A stretch of DNA of 64,000 nt from an uncultured Calditrichaceae bacterium. GTDB taxonomy: Bacteria > Calditrichota > Calditrichia > RBG-13-44-9. The notes beneath the pieces are model-generated. The model had not been told where the DNA came from. It worked only from the letters and a program-made list of their open reading frames with translations, and searched no databases. The stretch is from NCBI GenBank assembly GCA_964495805.1, contig CAZBWV010000051.1, forward strand, positions 8,973 through 72,972. Reading direction: 5' to 3'. Each line of letters starts with the position of its first letter. Positions within the stretch are counted from its first letter, which is position 1. The position numbers and the translations under genes are program-made. Of this stretch, positions 55,910 through 64,000 are shown one piece after another.

Positions 55910-57067
55910 ATGAGAAATTTGTTCTCCGTGGTATTCTTTTTAGCCGGATGGATACTCCTGATTTCCTGTGGAGGAGAATCCGGTGAGGTGCTGGCACCAC
56001 CGGAAGTGGTGGTGGTGACCACCCAGGCGGAAAAAGTACCCATTTATCAGGAATTTGTGGGGCAGATTTACGGTCAGAAGGACATCCGGATTCCCGCCCG
56101 GGTAGAGGGGTTTCTGGAAGGCATTTATTTTAAGCAGGGTTCGGTGGTTAAAAAGGGGCAGTTGCTCTATACAATCGATCCGCAACCGTTTGAAGCAAAA
56201 GTGGCTGCACAGATGAGTCGGCTGGCTGAGGCAAAAACCATGCTGGCCAAAGCCCAGAGCGATTTAAACCGAATTCGCCCTCTGGCAAAAATCAATGCCG
56301 TGAGTCAGAGCGAACTGGATGCGGCGGTGGCACAATTCGAAGCCGCCCAGGCGGGAGTGAAAGCGGCGGAAGCCAATCTCCGTGCGGCACGAATTCAATT
56401 AAGCTACACCCGCATCAAAGCGCCCATTACCGGCATCATTGGTAAAACCAAAGCGAAAGTGGGCGATTTCGTGGGACGTTCGCCCAATCCTGTGGTGCTA
56501 AACACCATCTCTAAAATCGATACCATTCTGGTGGATTTCTTTCTGAATGAATCCCAGTATCTGAAACTGGCTCGTGCCTATCTGAAAAAGACCAAGCAGG
56601 ACCTGGAAAAAGTGCAGGAAGCGAAAACTCAGAATCTGGAGCTGATTCTGGCTGATGGTTCGGTACATCCCTACAAAGGTGGAATTATGTTTGTGGACCG
56701 CAACATCGATCCCTCCACCGGCGCCATCCTGGTGGAAGCTTACTTCCCCAATCCGCGTAAGTTACTTCGCCCCGGCCAGTATGCCAAAGTACGAGCGGAA
56801 GTGGATGTAGTGGAAAACGGCATTCTTATTCCCCAGCGTGCTGTGAGTGAATTCCAGGGCATTTACCGGGTGTTTGTGGTAAATGATTCCAATGTGGTTC
56901 AGCTCCGGGAGGTGAAAACCGGCCCCACTGTAAAGGATAAATGGCTGGTTCTGGAAGGCTTGAAACCCGGTGAACAGGTGGTGGTGGAAGGCATTCAGAT
57001 GCTGAAACCGGGAATGACCGTGAAACCGGTTGCAAAAACGGAAAGTACCGAACAACCGCAACCGTAG
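55910..57067 (+). CDS. RND efflux periplasmic adaptor (membrane fusion protein, AcrA/MexA-like lipoprotein)
   Basis: Lipobox LLISCGG. Coiled-coil hairpin region with Ala- and Gln-rich repeats. Beta-barrel and MP domains. Gene order is MFP, then RND, then OMF. Confidence 0.85.
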   Translation: MRNLFSVVFFLAGWILLISCGGESGEVLAPPEVVVVTTQAEKVPIYQEFVGQIYGQKDIRIPARVEGFLEGIYFKQGSVVKKGQLLYTIDPQPFEAKVAAQMSRLAEAKTMLAKAQSDLNRIRPLAKINAVSQSELDAAVAQFEAAQAGVKAAEANLRAARIQLSYTRIKAPITGIIGKTKAKVGDFVGRSPNPVVLNTISKIDTILVDFFLNESQYLKLARAYLKKTKQDLEKVQEAKTQNLELILADGSVHPYKGGIMFVDRNIDPSTGAILVEAYFPNPRKLLRPGQYAKVRAEVDVVENGILIPQRAVSEFQGIYRVFVVNDSNVVQLREVKTGPTVKDKWLVLEGLKPGEQVVVEGIQMLKPGMTVKPVAKTESTEQPQP

Positions 57068-57172
57068 TGCGGAAACATGCAACCTCCTGCGGGGGGACTC
57101 TCCGGGAGAATCCGGTGGGAAAATACGATGTTTTCAAATAAACCGAACAAATTAAAAAGGTAATAAGATAAC

Positions 57173-60100
57173 ATGGGTGAATTTTTTGTTCGAAGACCAA
57201 TTGTCGCTATGGTAATCGCCATTGTGCTGGTTATTGTGGGAGTTGTTTCCATGATGCAGTTACCTGTGGAACAATATCCCGCACTCACCCCGCCCATGGT
57301 GGAAATTAATACCAATTATGTGGGCGCCAATGCGCTAAACGTAGAACAATCCGTCGCCACACCGCTGGAGCAAAAAATCAACGGTGTGGAGAATATGATT
57401 TACATGCAATCCACCAACACTAATTCCGGCTACATGAGCATCAAGGTTTCCTTCCGATTGGGAACCGATCCCAATATGAATACGGTACTGGTGCAGAATC
57501 GGGTTTCTACCGTAACACAGATTCCAGCGGAAGTGAAACAGTACGGTGTAACCACTGAAAAAACATTTTCTTTCCCGCTTTTGGTGATTGCGGTATATTC
57601 GCCCAACGGCACGTACGACCGGAATTTCATCGGAAACTATTCGCGCATTAATCTGATGGATGAGCTGGCACGGATTTACGGTGTGGGCAAGGTGGATGTA
57701 ATTGGGGTGAAGGATTATGCCATGCGCATCTGGATTAAACCGGATCGGGTGGCGCAGTTAGGGTTAACCATTCCCGAAATTGCCAATGCCCTCAAGGAGC
57801 AGAACCGGCTGGTGCCGGGTGGTAAGTTTGGCGGGGAACCGGCACCGCCAGGAACGGAATTTACTTATACGGTCAACCTGAAGGACCGCCTGAAAACACC
57901 GGAAGAGTTTGGTAATGTGGTGTTGCGCACCAATCCGGATGGCTCCCAGATTCGCCTGAAAGACGTCGCCCGCATCGAAATGGGAACCGAACTCTACGAA
58001 GCATACACCCGCCTGAACGGGCAGGATTGTGCGCTGATTTTTATCTACCAGGCACCCGGTTCCAACGCCATGGATGTGGCTCAACGCGTCAAGGATGCCA
58101 TGACCAGAATGTCCCAGAATTTCCCCGACGATATGGATTACGTGCTTTCGCTGGATACCACCCGTCCCATTCAGGCCGGGTTAAAGGAAATTGTGGTTAC
58201 TTTGTTCATCGCCCTGCTGTTGGTGATTCTGGTGGTGTACATCTTTTTGCAGGATTGGCGCGCCACGCTGATTCCCACAATGGCGATTCCCGTTTCGCTG
58301 GTAGCAGCGTTCATCGCGTTTCCGTTTCTGGGATTTTCCATTAATACCCTTTCGCTGCTGGGTTTGGTGTTAGCCATCGGAATTGTGGTGGACGACGCCA
58401 TTGTGGTGGTGGAGGCGGTGACGGTGTACATCGAAAAGGGACTTTCACCCGCCAAAGCAACCATTCAGGCCATGCGCGATGTAACTGCGCCGGTTATTGC
58501 CACCACGCTGGTACTGGTGGCGGTGTTCGTACCGGTGGTGTACATTAGCGGAATTACCGGACGGCTCTATCAACAGTTTGCTATTACCATCGCTGTGTCG
58601 GTAATGTTTTCCTCTCTGAATGCTCTCACACTCAGTCCCGCCCTCTGTTCGTTGTTACTGCGCAAACGTCAGCCTGGTAAAGGAATTCTGGGAAAATTCT
58701 TTGGTAAGTTTAACCAGGGTGTGGAAGTCTCTACCGAAAAATATTTGAGCTTCGCATCTATTCTTTCCCGCAAAATCAAACGTGGATTGATTTTTATTGC
58801 CATTGTTTCGGTACTTATTGTAGTCATCGGAAAATTTGTACCCAGCGGTTTTGTGCCTGAAGAGGATCAGGGGTATTTCATGATTAATATTCAGCTGCCC
58901 AGCGCTGCCTCTCTGCAACGCACGCTGGAGGTGGTGGAAAAAGTGGAGAAAATTCTGGAACGCTACCCGGAAGTTGAGTATCAATCCGCCATTCCCGGTT
59001 ACAGTCTGTTGATCAACAGTATGGCCACCAACAACGCCTCGGTGTTCATTACGCTTAAAAATTGGAGCGAACGGGACCGCACCGCCAAGGAAATCATTAA
59101 TGCCCTTAATGAGGATTTGCGCCGGGAAGTCAAGAAGGCGGTTGCGGTAGCGTTTGGTCCACCAGCGATTCAGGGACTGGGTACCGGTTCGGGCTTCAGC
59201 ATTATGATTCAGGATAAGGGTGGAAATTCGGTGGAATATCTGGCAGAGAATACCCGCCGGTTTATTGAAGCGGCGCAGAAACGCCCGGAGATTGGAACGG
59301 CTTTTACCACCTTCCAGGCCACTGTGCCCCAGCGATTTATCGATGTGAACACCGAAAAGGTGCTGAAGGCTGGTGTTTCCCTGAATGATCTGTACACGAC
59401 CCTGAGTGCTTTTCTGGGTGGTATGTACGTGAATGATTTTAACCGTTTCGGGCGTTTGTACAAAGTGTACATGCAGGCGGATAGTAAATATCGCCAGAGT
59501 CCCGATGAATTGCAGAATTATTTTGTCAAAAATAAAGAAGGGAAGATGGTTCCGCTCTCTACCTTGCTCACGGTGAAGAGTGTGGTTGGCCCGGAATACA
59601 CCACCCGGTTTAACCTGTTTCGCTCCATTGAAGTGATGGGTTCGCCCGCACCGGGTTATTCCTCCAGCCAGGCCATGCAGGCGTTACGCGAAGTGGCGGC
59701 TGAAGTACTCCCCGGCGATATGGGTTATGCCTGGAACGCCATGTCCTATCAGGAGGACCAGGCCTCCGGAACCGCAGCGGTGGTGTTTGCTTTCTCGCTG
59801 CTGTTTGTATTCCTGATTCTGGCGGCTCAGTACGAAAGCTGGTCGCTGCCATTTGCTATTTTGCTGGGAACCCCGTTTGCAATTTTCGGAGCCTTCCTGT
59901 TCCTGATGCTGGCGCGCTTTTTCAGCCCTTCGTACGAAAACAACATTTTTGCTCAGATCTCACTGGTGATGTTAATTGCCATGGCTGCTAAAAATGCTAT
60001 CCTTATTGTGGAATTTGCCAAGATGAAATTCGATGAAGGGTATAATCTTTTCGATGCCGCCATGGAAGCAGCCAAACTTCGCTTCCGTCCCATTTTAATG

Positions 60101-60334
60101 ACTGCTTTTTCATTTATTCTGGGAATTCTACCGCTCCTGGTGGCTTCCGGTGCCGGTGCCGAAGCCCGCAAAGTGATGGGCATGACCCTGTTTGGTGGAA
60201 TGTTGATGGCAACGGTGATCGGGGTGTTTATGTATCCCATGCTGTTTGTGTTTATCGGGAAAATTGCCCGTTACGAACAGAAGCGGGAGAAACTGGCCGG
60301 TGGTTCTGCCTCTGCTCCGGTACAGGGGGAATAA
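57173..60334 (+). CDS. RND multidrug efflux transporter permease (HAE1, AcrB/MexB-like)
   Basis: 1053 aa with 12 TM segments and two large periplasmic loops. Classic N-terminus MGEFFVRRPIVAMVIAIVLVIVGVVSMMQLPVEQYP. Confidence 0.9.
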   Translation: MGEFFVRRPIVAMVIAIVLVIVGVVSMMQLPVEQYPALTPPMVEINTNYVGANALNVEQSVATPLEQKINGVENMIYMQSTNTNSGYMSIKVSFRLGTDPNMNTVLVQNRVSTVTQIPAEVKQYGVTTEKTFSFPLLVIAVYSPNGTYDRNFIGNYSRINLMDELARIYGVGKVDVIGVKDYAMRIWIKPDRVAQLGLTIPEIANALKEQNRLVPGGKFGGEPAPPGTEFTYTVNLKDRLKTPEEFGNVVLRTNPDGSQIRLKDVARIEMGTELYEAYTRLNGQDCALIFIYQAPGSNAMDVAQRVKDAMTRMSQNFPDDMDYVLSLDTTRPIQAGLKEIVVTLFIALLLVILVVYIFLQDWRATLIPTMAIPVSLVAAFIAFPFLGFSINTLSLLGLVLAIGIVVDDAIVVVEAVTVYIEKGLSPAKATIQAMRDVTAPVIATTLVLVAVFVPVVYISGITGRLYQQFAITIAVSVMFSSLNALTLSPALCSLLLRKRQPGKGILGKFFGKFNQGVEVSTEKYLSFASILSRKIKRGLIFIAIVSVLIVVIGKFVPSGFVPEEDQGYFMINIQLPSAASLQRTLEVVEKVEKILERYPEVEYQSAIPGYSLLINSMATNNASVFITLKNWSERDRTAKEIINALNEDLRREVKKAVAVAFGPPAIQGLGTGSGFSIMIQDKGGNSVEYLAENTRRFIEAAQKRPEIGTAFTTFQATVPQRFIDVNTEKVLKAGVSLNDLYTTLSAFLGGMYVNDFNRFGRLYKVYMQADSKYRQSPDELQNYFVKNKEGKMVPLSTLLTVKSVVGPEYTTRFNLFRSIEVMGSPAPGYSSSQAMQALREVAAEVLPGDMGYAWNAMSYQEDQASGTAAVVFAFSLLFVFLILAAQYESWSLPFAILLGTPFAIFGAFLFLMLARFFSPSYENNIFAQISLVMLIAMAAKNAILIVEFAKMKFDEGYNLFDAAMEAAKLRFRPILMTAFSFILGILPLLVASGAGAEARKVMGMTLFGGMLMATVIGVFMYPMLFVFIGKIARYEQKREKLAGGSASAPVQGE

Positions 60335-60392
60335 CCCCACCAGGGCTTTAAATTGCATGGTAAGTGAAAAACAAAAAGAGAAATAGATAGCG

Positions 60393-61811
60393 ATGAGACG
60401 AACCATAGGATTAATGATTCTGGTAGCCGTCATCTGGTTTTCCGGCTGTTCCTTTGCACCCAGGTTCAAACAGCCGGAGGTGCAGGTACCGCAAAATTTT
60501 CGTTTCGACTCCCTGCAGGTGGATACGTTAACCACCCTGCGCTGGTGGGAACTGTTTGATGACCCGCAGTTGAAGGAGCTCATTCAGATTGGCTTGCAAA
60601 ATAATCAGGATGTGCGCATTGCCGCGGCAAGGGTGGAACAGGCACGCGCTCTGCACGGATTTAACAAAGCGGATTTGTTTCCCGCACTGAATCTGGCCGC
60701 CAGCGGTTCCCGCGGAGATTTTGCCTTCATGAAACTTCCCCGGGTGTCCAACAATTTTTACGCCACTGCGGTGCTCTCCTGGGAACTGGACTTCTGGGGC
60801 AAATATCGCAACATGACCCGGGCTGCAAAGATGGAATATCTGGCCTCTGCCTACGGAATGCGTTCGGTGCAAATCAGTTTAATTGCCGAGATTGCCCGGA
60901 CGTACTATCTGTTGCTGGATTACCGCGAACGTCTGAACATTGCCCGGAAAACGCTGAGACTGCGCGAGGAAGCGTTACATATCATTCAACAGCGGTTCGA
61001 AAAAGGAATTATTCCCGAAATCGATCTGAACCAGGCGCAGATTCAAAAAGCGGTAGCAGAAACCGCTATACCTTACTACGAACGGCTGGCAAAAAAAACA
61101 GAGAATGCCCTGAGTGTGCTGCTGGGACGCAGCCCATCGGATATTACCTCGCAAAAAACATTAGATGAACTGAATCTGCCACCGGATATTCCACCGGGAT
61201 TACCTTCCACTCTTCTGCTTCGCCGACCGGATGTGGTGCAGCAGGAACATATGTTACGTGCCCAACTCGCCCGGGTGGGGGTGGCACAGGCCATGCGCAT
61301 TCCTTCCATCAGCCTTACCGGTTTGCTGGGTCTGGCCAGCGGCGAATTGAATACCCTGCTGGAATCTGAATCGGGTACCTGGAATATTGGCGCCAACCTT
61401 GTGGGACCAATCTTTCAGTTTGGCAAAAATTTGCGCCGGGTGGATGTGGAAAAAGCCCGTGCCGAGGAAGCCCTCCGACAGTACGAGAAAACCATCCTGC
61501 AGGCTTTCCGGGAAGTAGATGATGCCCTGGTGGATATCCATACGCTAAAACGGGAATTGATAGCGCGGGAAGAACACTTTCGGGCAGCGAAAAATGCCGA
61601 GCGTCTGGCAATGGAACGCTATGACAAGGGCGTGACCAGCTATCTGGAAGTGATTGAAACTCAGCGGTCTGCTTTCGAAGCAGAACTGGCGCTTTCGCAG
61701 ACCCGCCAGCAGCTCTTCTCAGCCTACGTGAGTCTGTACAAAGCACTGGGGGGCGGCTGGATTTCTCAGGCTGAAGAGGTGAATGCCCGGTCTCAGGGGC
61801 AATCGCAATAA
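60393..61811 (+). CDS. outer-membrane efflux lipoprotein (TolC/OprM, NodT family)
   Basis: Lipobox WFSGCSF. Two OEP repeats. LWELFDDPQL near the N-terminus. Length 472 aa. Confidence 0.85.
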   Translation: MRRTIGLMILVAVIWFSGCSFAPRFKQPEVQVPQNFRFDSLQVDTLTTLRWWELFDDPQLKELIQIGLQNNQDVRIAAARVEQARALHGFNKADLFPALNLAASGSRGDFAFMKLPRVSNNFYATAVLSWELDFWGKYRNMTRAAKMEYLASAYGMRSVQISLIAEIARTYYLLLDYRERLNIARKTLRLREEALHIIQQRFEKGIIPEIDLNQAQIQKAVAETAIPYYERLAKKTENALSVLLGRSPSDITSQKTLDELNLPPDIPPGLPSTLLLRRPDVVQQEHMLRAQLARVGVAQAMRIPSISLTGLLGLASGELNTLLESESGTWNIGANLVGPIFQFGKNLRRVDVEKARAEEALRQYEKTILQAFREVDDALVDIHTLKRELIAREEHFRAAKNAERLAMERYDKGVTSYLEVIETQRSAFEAELALSQTRQQLFSAYVSLYKALGGGWISQAEEVNARSQGQSQ

Positions 61812-62085
61812 CCGTTTACCAGTCATGGGTTGCTTCTCTTCGGAGAACAACTGAATGTGATGGCGCTGTCGGATCGCTGTCAGGGTTCCAACAAAATTTT
61901 GTTTGATAACGTAGCGGGGGAGAGAGAAAAACTTAACTCTTCCCCCGAAACCGAAACATGTCGTGTGCTCTATTCCGTTCGGATGTGATCATCAGGATTC
62001 CCACCTTTTTCACCCGTGAAATTCACAAATCTGAATTTTTTTGTCTGGATAAAAAAATAATTTTGTTTTTCCGAAAAAATTGTTT

Positions 62086-62109
62086 ATATTCTACCCGGAG
62101 GTAGAATAT
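62086..62109. promoter_or_regulatory. perfect 24-bp palindrome ATATTCTACC-CGGA-GGTAGAATAT overlapping the Shine-Dalgarno and start codon of the Rrf2 gene
   Basis: 10-bp arms are exact reverse complements. GGAGG and the ATG at 62108 lie inside the right arm. It is either a DNA operator for the Rrf2 dimer or an mRNA hairpin that sequesters the RBS. Confidence 0.4.
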
Positions 62110-62521
62110 GCGATTTTATAAGACATCCGAATATGCCATTCGGGCGCTGGTGTACATGGCGATACGCAAAGAGGAAATCTTTTCCGTACGACGCCTGCAT
62201 CAGGCGCTGAACATACCTTACAAATATCTCTCCCGTCTTATGCATCGGCTGGCAGACGCTGGTCTGGTGCGCTCCATTCAGGGAAAACAGGGCGGATTTC
62301 AAATCTGCCAGAACATTGAAAGCGTTTACATTTATCAGATTATCGATGCGGTGGAAGGACTGGAAAACTACAACCGCTGCATTCTCGGCTTCGAGGAGTG
62401 TTCCGACGACAATCCCTGTCCCCTGCACGATTACTGGCTTCCCATTCGCGATCAGATTAATCACCTGCTTTATCATGTCTCATTAGCCAATCTGGTGGAA
62501 AAAGTCCAGAATAAAATTTGA
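62108..62521 (+). CDS. Rrf2-family transcriptional regulator, NsrR/IscR-like (3-Cys Fe-S ligand motif)
   Basis: N-terminus MRFYKTSEYAIRALVYMA with wHTH. CILGFEECSDDNPCPLHDYW gives Cys-x6-Cys-x5-Cys. It sits immediately upstream of a qNOR gene. Confidence 0.8.
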   Translation: MRFYKTSEYAIRALVYMAIRKEEIFSVRRLHQALNIPYKYLSRLMHRLADAGLVRSIQGKQGGFQICQNIESVYIYQIIDAVEGLENYNRCILGFEECSDDNPCPLHDYWLPIRDQINHLLYHVSLANLVEKVQNKI

Positions 62522-62607
62522 GTGGCGAACAAACAGTGAATGTTCAATAATTACATTGCTTTACCATTATTTTCTTCATCAAGGTATAATTTAACAGGAG
62601 GTATCCT

Positions 62608-64000
62608 ATGGATTCTTGGTTGGAAAAACTGTTGAGCCGGAAAGGCCTGTACACGGCTTTCTGGGTAACGGCCATTGTGATGGTGGCGGTACTGATTTTT
62701 TACAGCGCCAATCTGGTCAAAGAAGTGCCCCCCATCCCTGAGGTCGTGCAGAGTGAGAGCGGAGAGGTGCTCTACACTCACGACGACGTAATTGCTGGTA
62801 AGGGCTATTTCCAGCAGTTCGATTTAATGGATTACGGTACCCTGTTAGGAATGGGTGCGTATCTGGGTCCGGATTTCAGTACTGAATTTTTCCATCGTCG
62901 GGCAGAATTTTTGTACGATTACTACGCAAAGGCAATGTACGACACTGGTGCTTCGGCTTTGACCGATGTGCAATTGGGTGCTGTAAAGGCACGGGTCAAA
63001 CGAGATTTCCACAAGGAAACCAGTTTGAATCCCGACAAGGTGGTGTACACCGAAGCTTCCGCTCAGGCGTTCAAAGCCAATCGGGCATTTTTAGTGGATT
63101 TTCTGGTGAATGGGAACAAAGAACTGGCCTGGCCGGGTGGGGTGATTCGTCCGGACGAAGCGGAAAAGATTGCTGCATTTGTGGATTGGTCGCAGTTAGT
63201 GGCCTCTTCCAAACGTCCCGGCACCAACCGAACCTGGTCCAATGACTGGCCGCATGAACCATTGGTGGATCAGAACTCCGACTGGGACAATGTTTTCTGG
63301 TCGTTGTTCCAGTTGCTGGCGCTGTGGTCACTTACCATTCTGGTTTTCTATCTGTTGTACGAATATTTCCTGCGCCGGGAGGATGACTACCAGCTGGAAC
63401 CCCCGCTGAGCATTACCGAGCTGTTCCCCTCCCAGAAGAAACTGATGAAATACATCCCGGTGGTGGCGTTGTTCTTCCTGTTGCAAACTATTATTGGAGG
63501 TTACATTGCTCACATCTACACCGAGCCGTCCAAGAACTTTATTATCCCGCAGAGCATTTTACCGTTTAACGTGATGCGGGCAGCGCATATTAATCTGGCG
63601 ATTGTATGGGTTGCCATTGGCTGGCTGGTGGGTGGTATGTTCATCGCACCGCTGGTGGCCAAACAGGACTTGCGCTTCCCCTGGCTGGTGGATGTGCTTT
63701 GGCTGGCGCTGTTAGTGGTGGGCGGCGGCGGTTTGATTGGCATTTATTTGGGTGCCACCGGCCAGTTACGTGATGTCTGGTTCTGGCTGGGTAACGAAGG
63801 TCGCGAATACCTGAATCTGGGCCGTATCTGGGACATCGGACTGGTGGTCGGCCTGGTGCTGTGGTTTGGGATGGTCTTCTCCACCATCCGAAAAGCCAAA
63901 GAAAACAATGTACTGGTAGGAACTATCATCTGGTCGGCGTTTGGTATTGCCACCCTGTATATGGCCGGAATGGCTCCGCTGCACAAAATAATGCCCAACT
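62608..64000 (+). CDS. norZ: quinol-dependent nitric oxide reductase (qNOR, NorZ/NorB large subunit), 5' partial; it continues beyond the window
   Basis: AGGAGG Shine-Dalgarno 6 nt upstream. N-terminal TM, then a periplasmic domain with NDWPHEPLV, and heme-copper TM blocks (LLQTIIGGYIAHIYTE, MRAAHINLAIVWVAIGWLVGGMFIAP) that align closely with qNOR. No stop codon before 64000. Confidence 0.8.
   Translation, partial: MDSWLEKLLSRKGLYTAFWVTAIVMVAVLIFYSANLVKEVPPIPEVVQSESGEVLYTHDDVIAGKGYFQQFDLMDYGTLLGMGAYLGPDFSTEFFHRRAEFLYDYYAKAMYDTGASALTDVQLGAVKARVKRDFHKETSLNPDKVVYTEASAQAFKANRAFLVDFLVNGNKELAWPGGVIRPDEAEKIAAFVDWSQLVASSKRPGTNRTWSNDWPHEPLVDQNSDWDNVFWSLFQLLALWSLTILVFYLLYEYFLRREDDYQLEPPLSITELFPSQKKLMKYIPVVALFFLLQTIIGGYIAHIYTEPSKNFIIPQSILPFNVMRAAHINLAIVWVAIGWLVGGMFIAPLVAKQDLRFPWLVDVLWLALLVVGGGGLIGIYLGATGQLRDVWFWLGNEGREYLNLGRIWDIGLVVGLVLWFGMVFSTIRKAKENNVLVGTIIWSAFGIATLYMAGMAPLHKIMPN

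Noticed and set aside
61916-61946. GGGGGAGAG...CTCTTCCCCC hairpin after the OMF gene as a terminator
   Set aside because: The stem is bulged and is not followed by a U-tract. It lies about 100 nt past the stop codon. It was noted but not called as a feature.

Overview
This 64 kb window is a high-GC (~55%) bacterial chromosomal segment from an organism with a type IX secretion system (T9SS). At least six proteins end in a canonical Por_Secre_tail-like C-terminal domain (NYPNPFN ... LIK/LLK), which points to the FCB superphylum outside classical Bacteroidia. There is no CRISPR array, no rRNA, no integrase or transposase, and one tRNA (tRNA-Phe, anticodon GAA). The window has four parts. (1) 780-22244 is a LacI-regulated beta-mannan utilization locus. 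It holds a T9SS CBM-like protein, a SusC-like TonB-dependent receptor, a ~1070-aa acidic surface protein, a FadL/PorV-like barrel, a sugar ABC importer, a GH130 phosphorylase, a large T9SS LamG/PKD protein and a GH2 beta-mannosidase. (2) 22468-32018 is a peptide and amino-acid island with a T9SS esterase, threonine synthase, two M14 peptidases, isoaspartyl dipeptidase and an NhaC-family transporter. (3) 32200-41719 is a second, inverted, paralogous copy of the receptor / surface-protein / FadL-like-barrel cassette, next to an RpiR regulator and a T9SS BNR-repeat protein. (4) 42441-64000 holds a gamma-glutamyl cluster (permease, AstE/AspA-like M14, two paralogous T9SS Ntn-hydrolases, GGT, a signal-peptide glutamate-racemase-like protein, and pgsB-pgsC plus a non-CapA third gene). 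It is followed by an alpha/beta hydrolase, a tripartite RND efflux pump, an Rrf2/NsrR-like regulator and the 5' part of a quinol-type nitric oxide reductase. The most interesting signal is the duplicated three-gene outer-membrane cassette. The large protein in each copy carries an extended variant of the T9SS C-terminal domain ending GKFA(I/L)IK, and it is always followed by a dedicated FadL/PorV/PorP-like barrel. The two LacI-type palindromic operators and the gamma-glutamyl cluster with an exported racemase are also worth follow-up.
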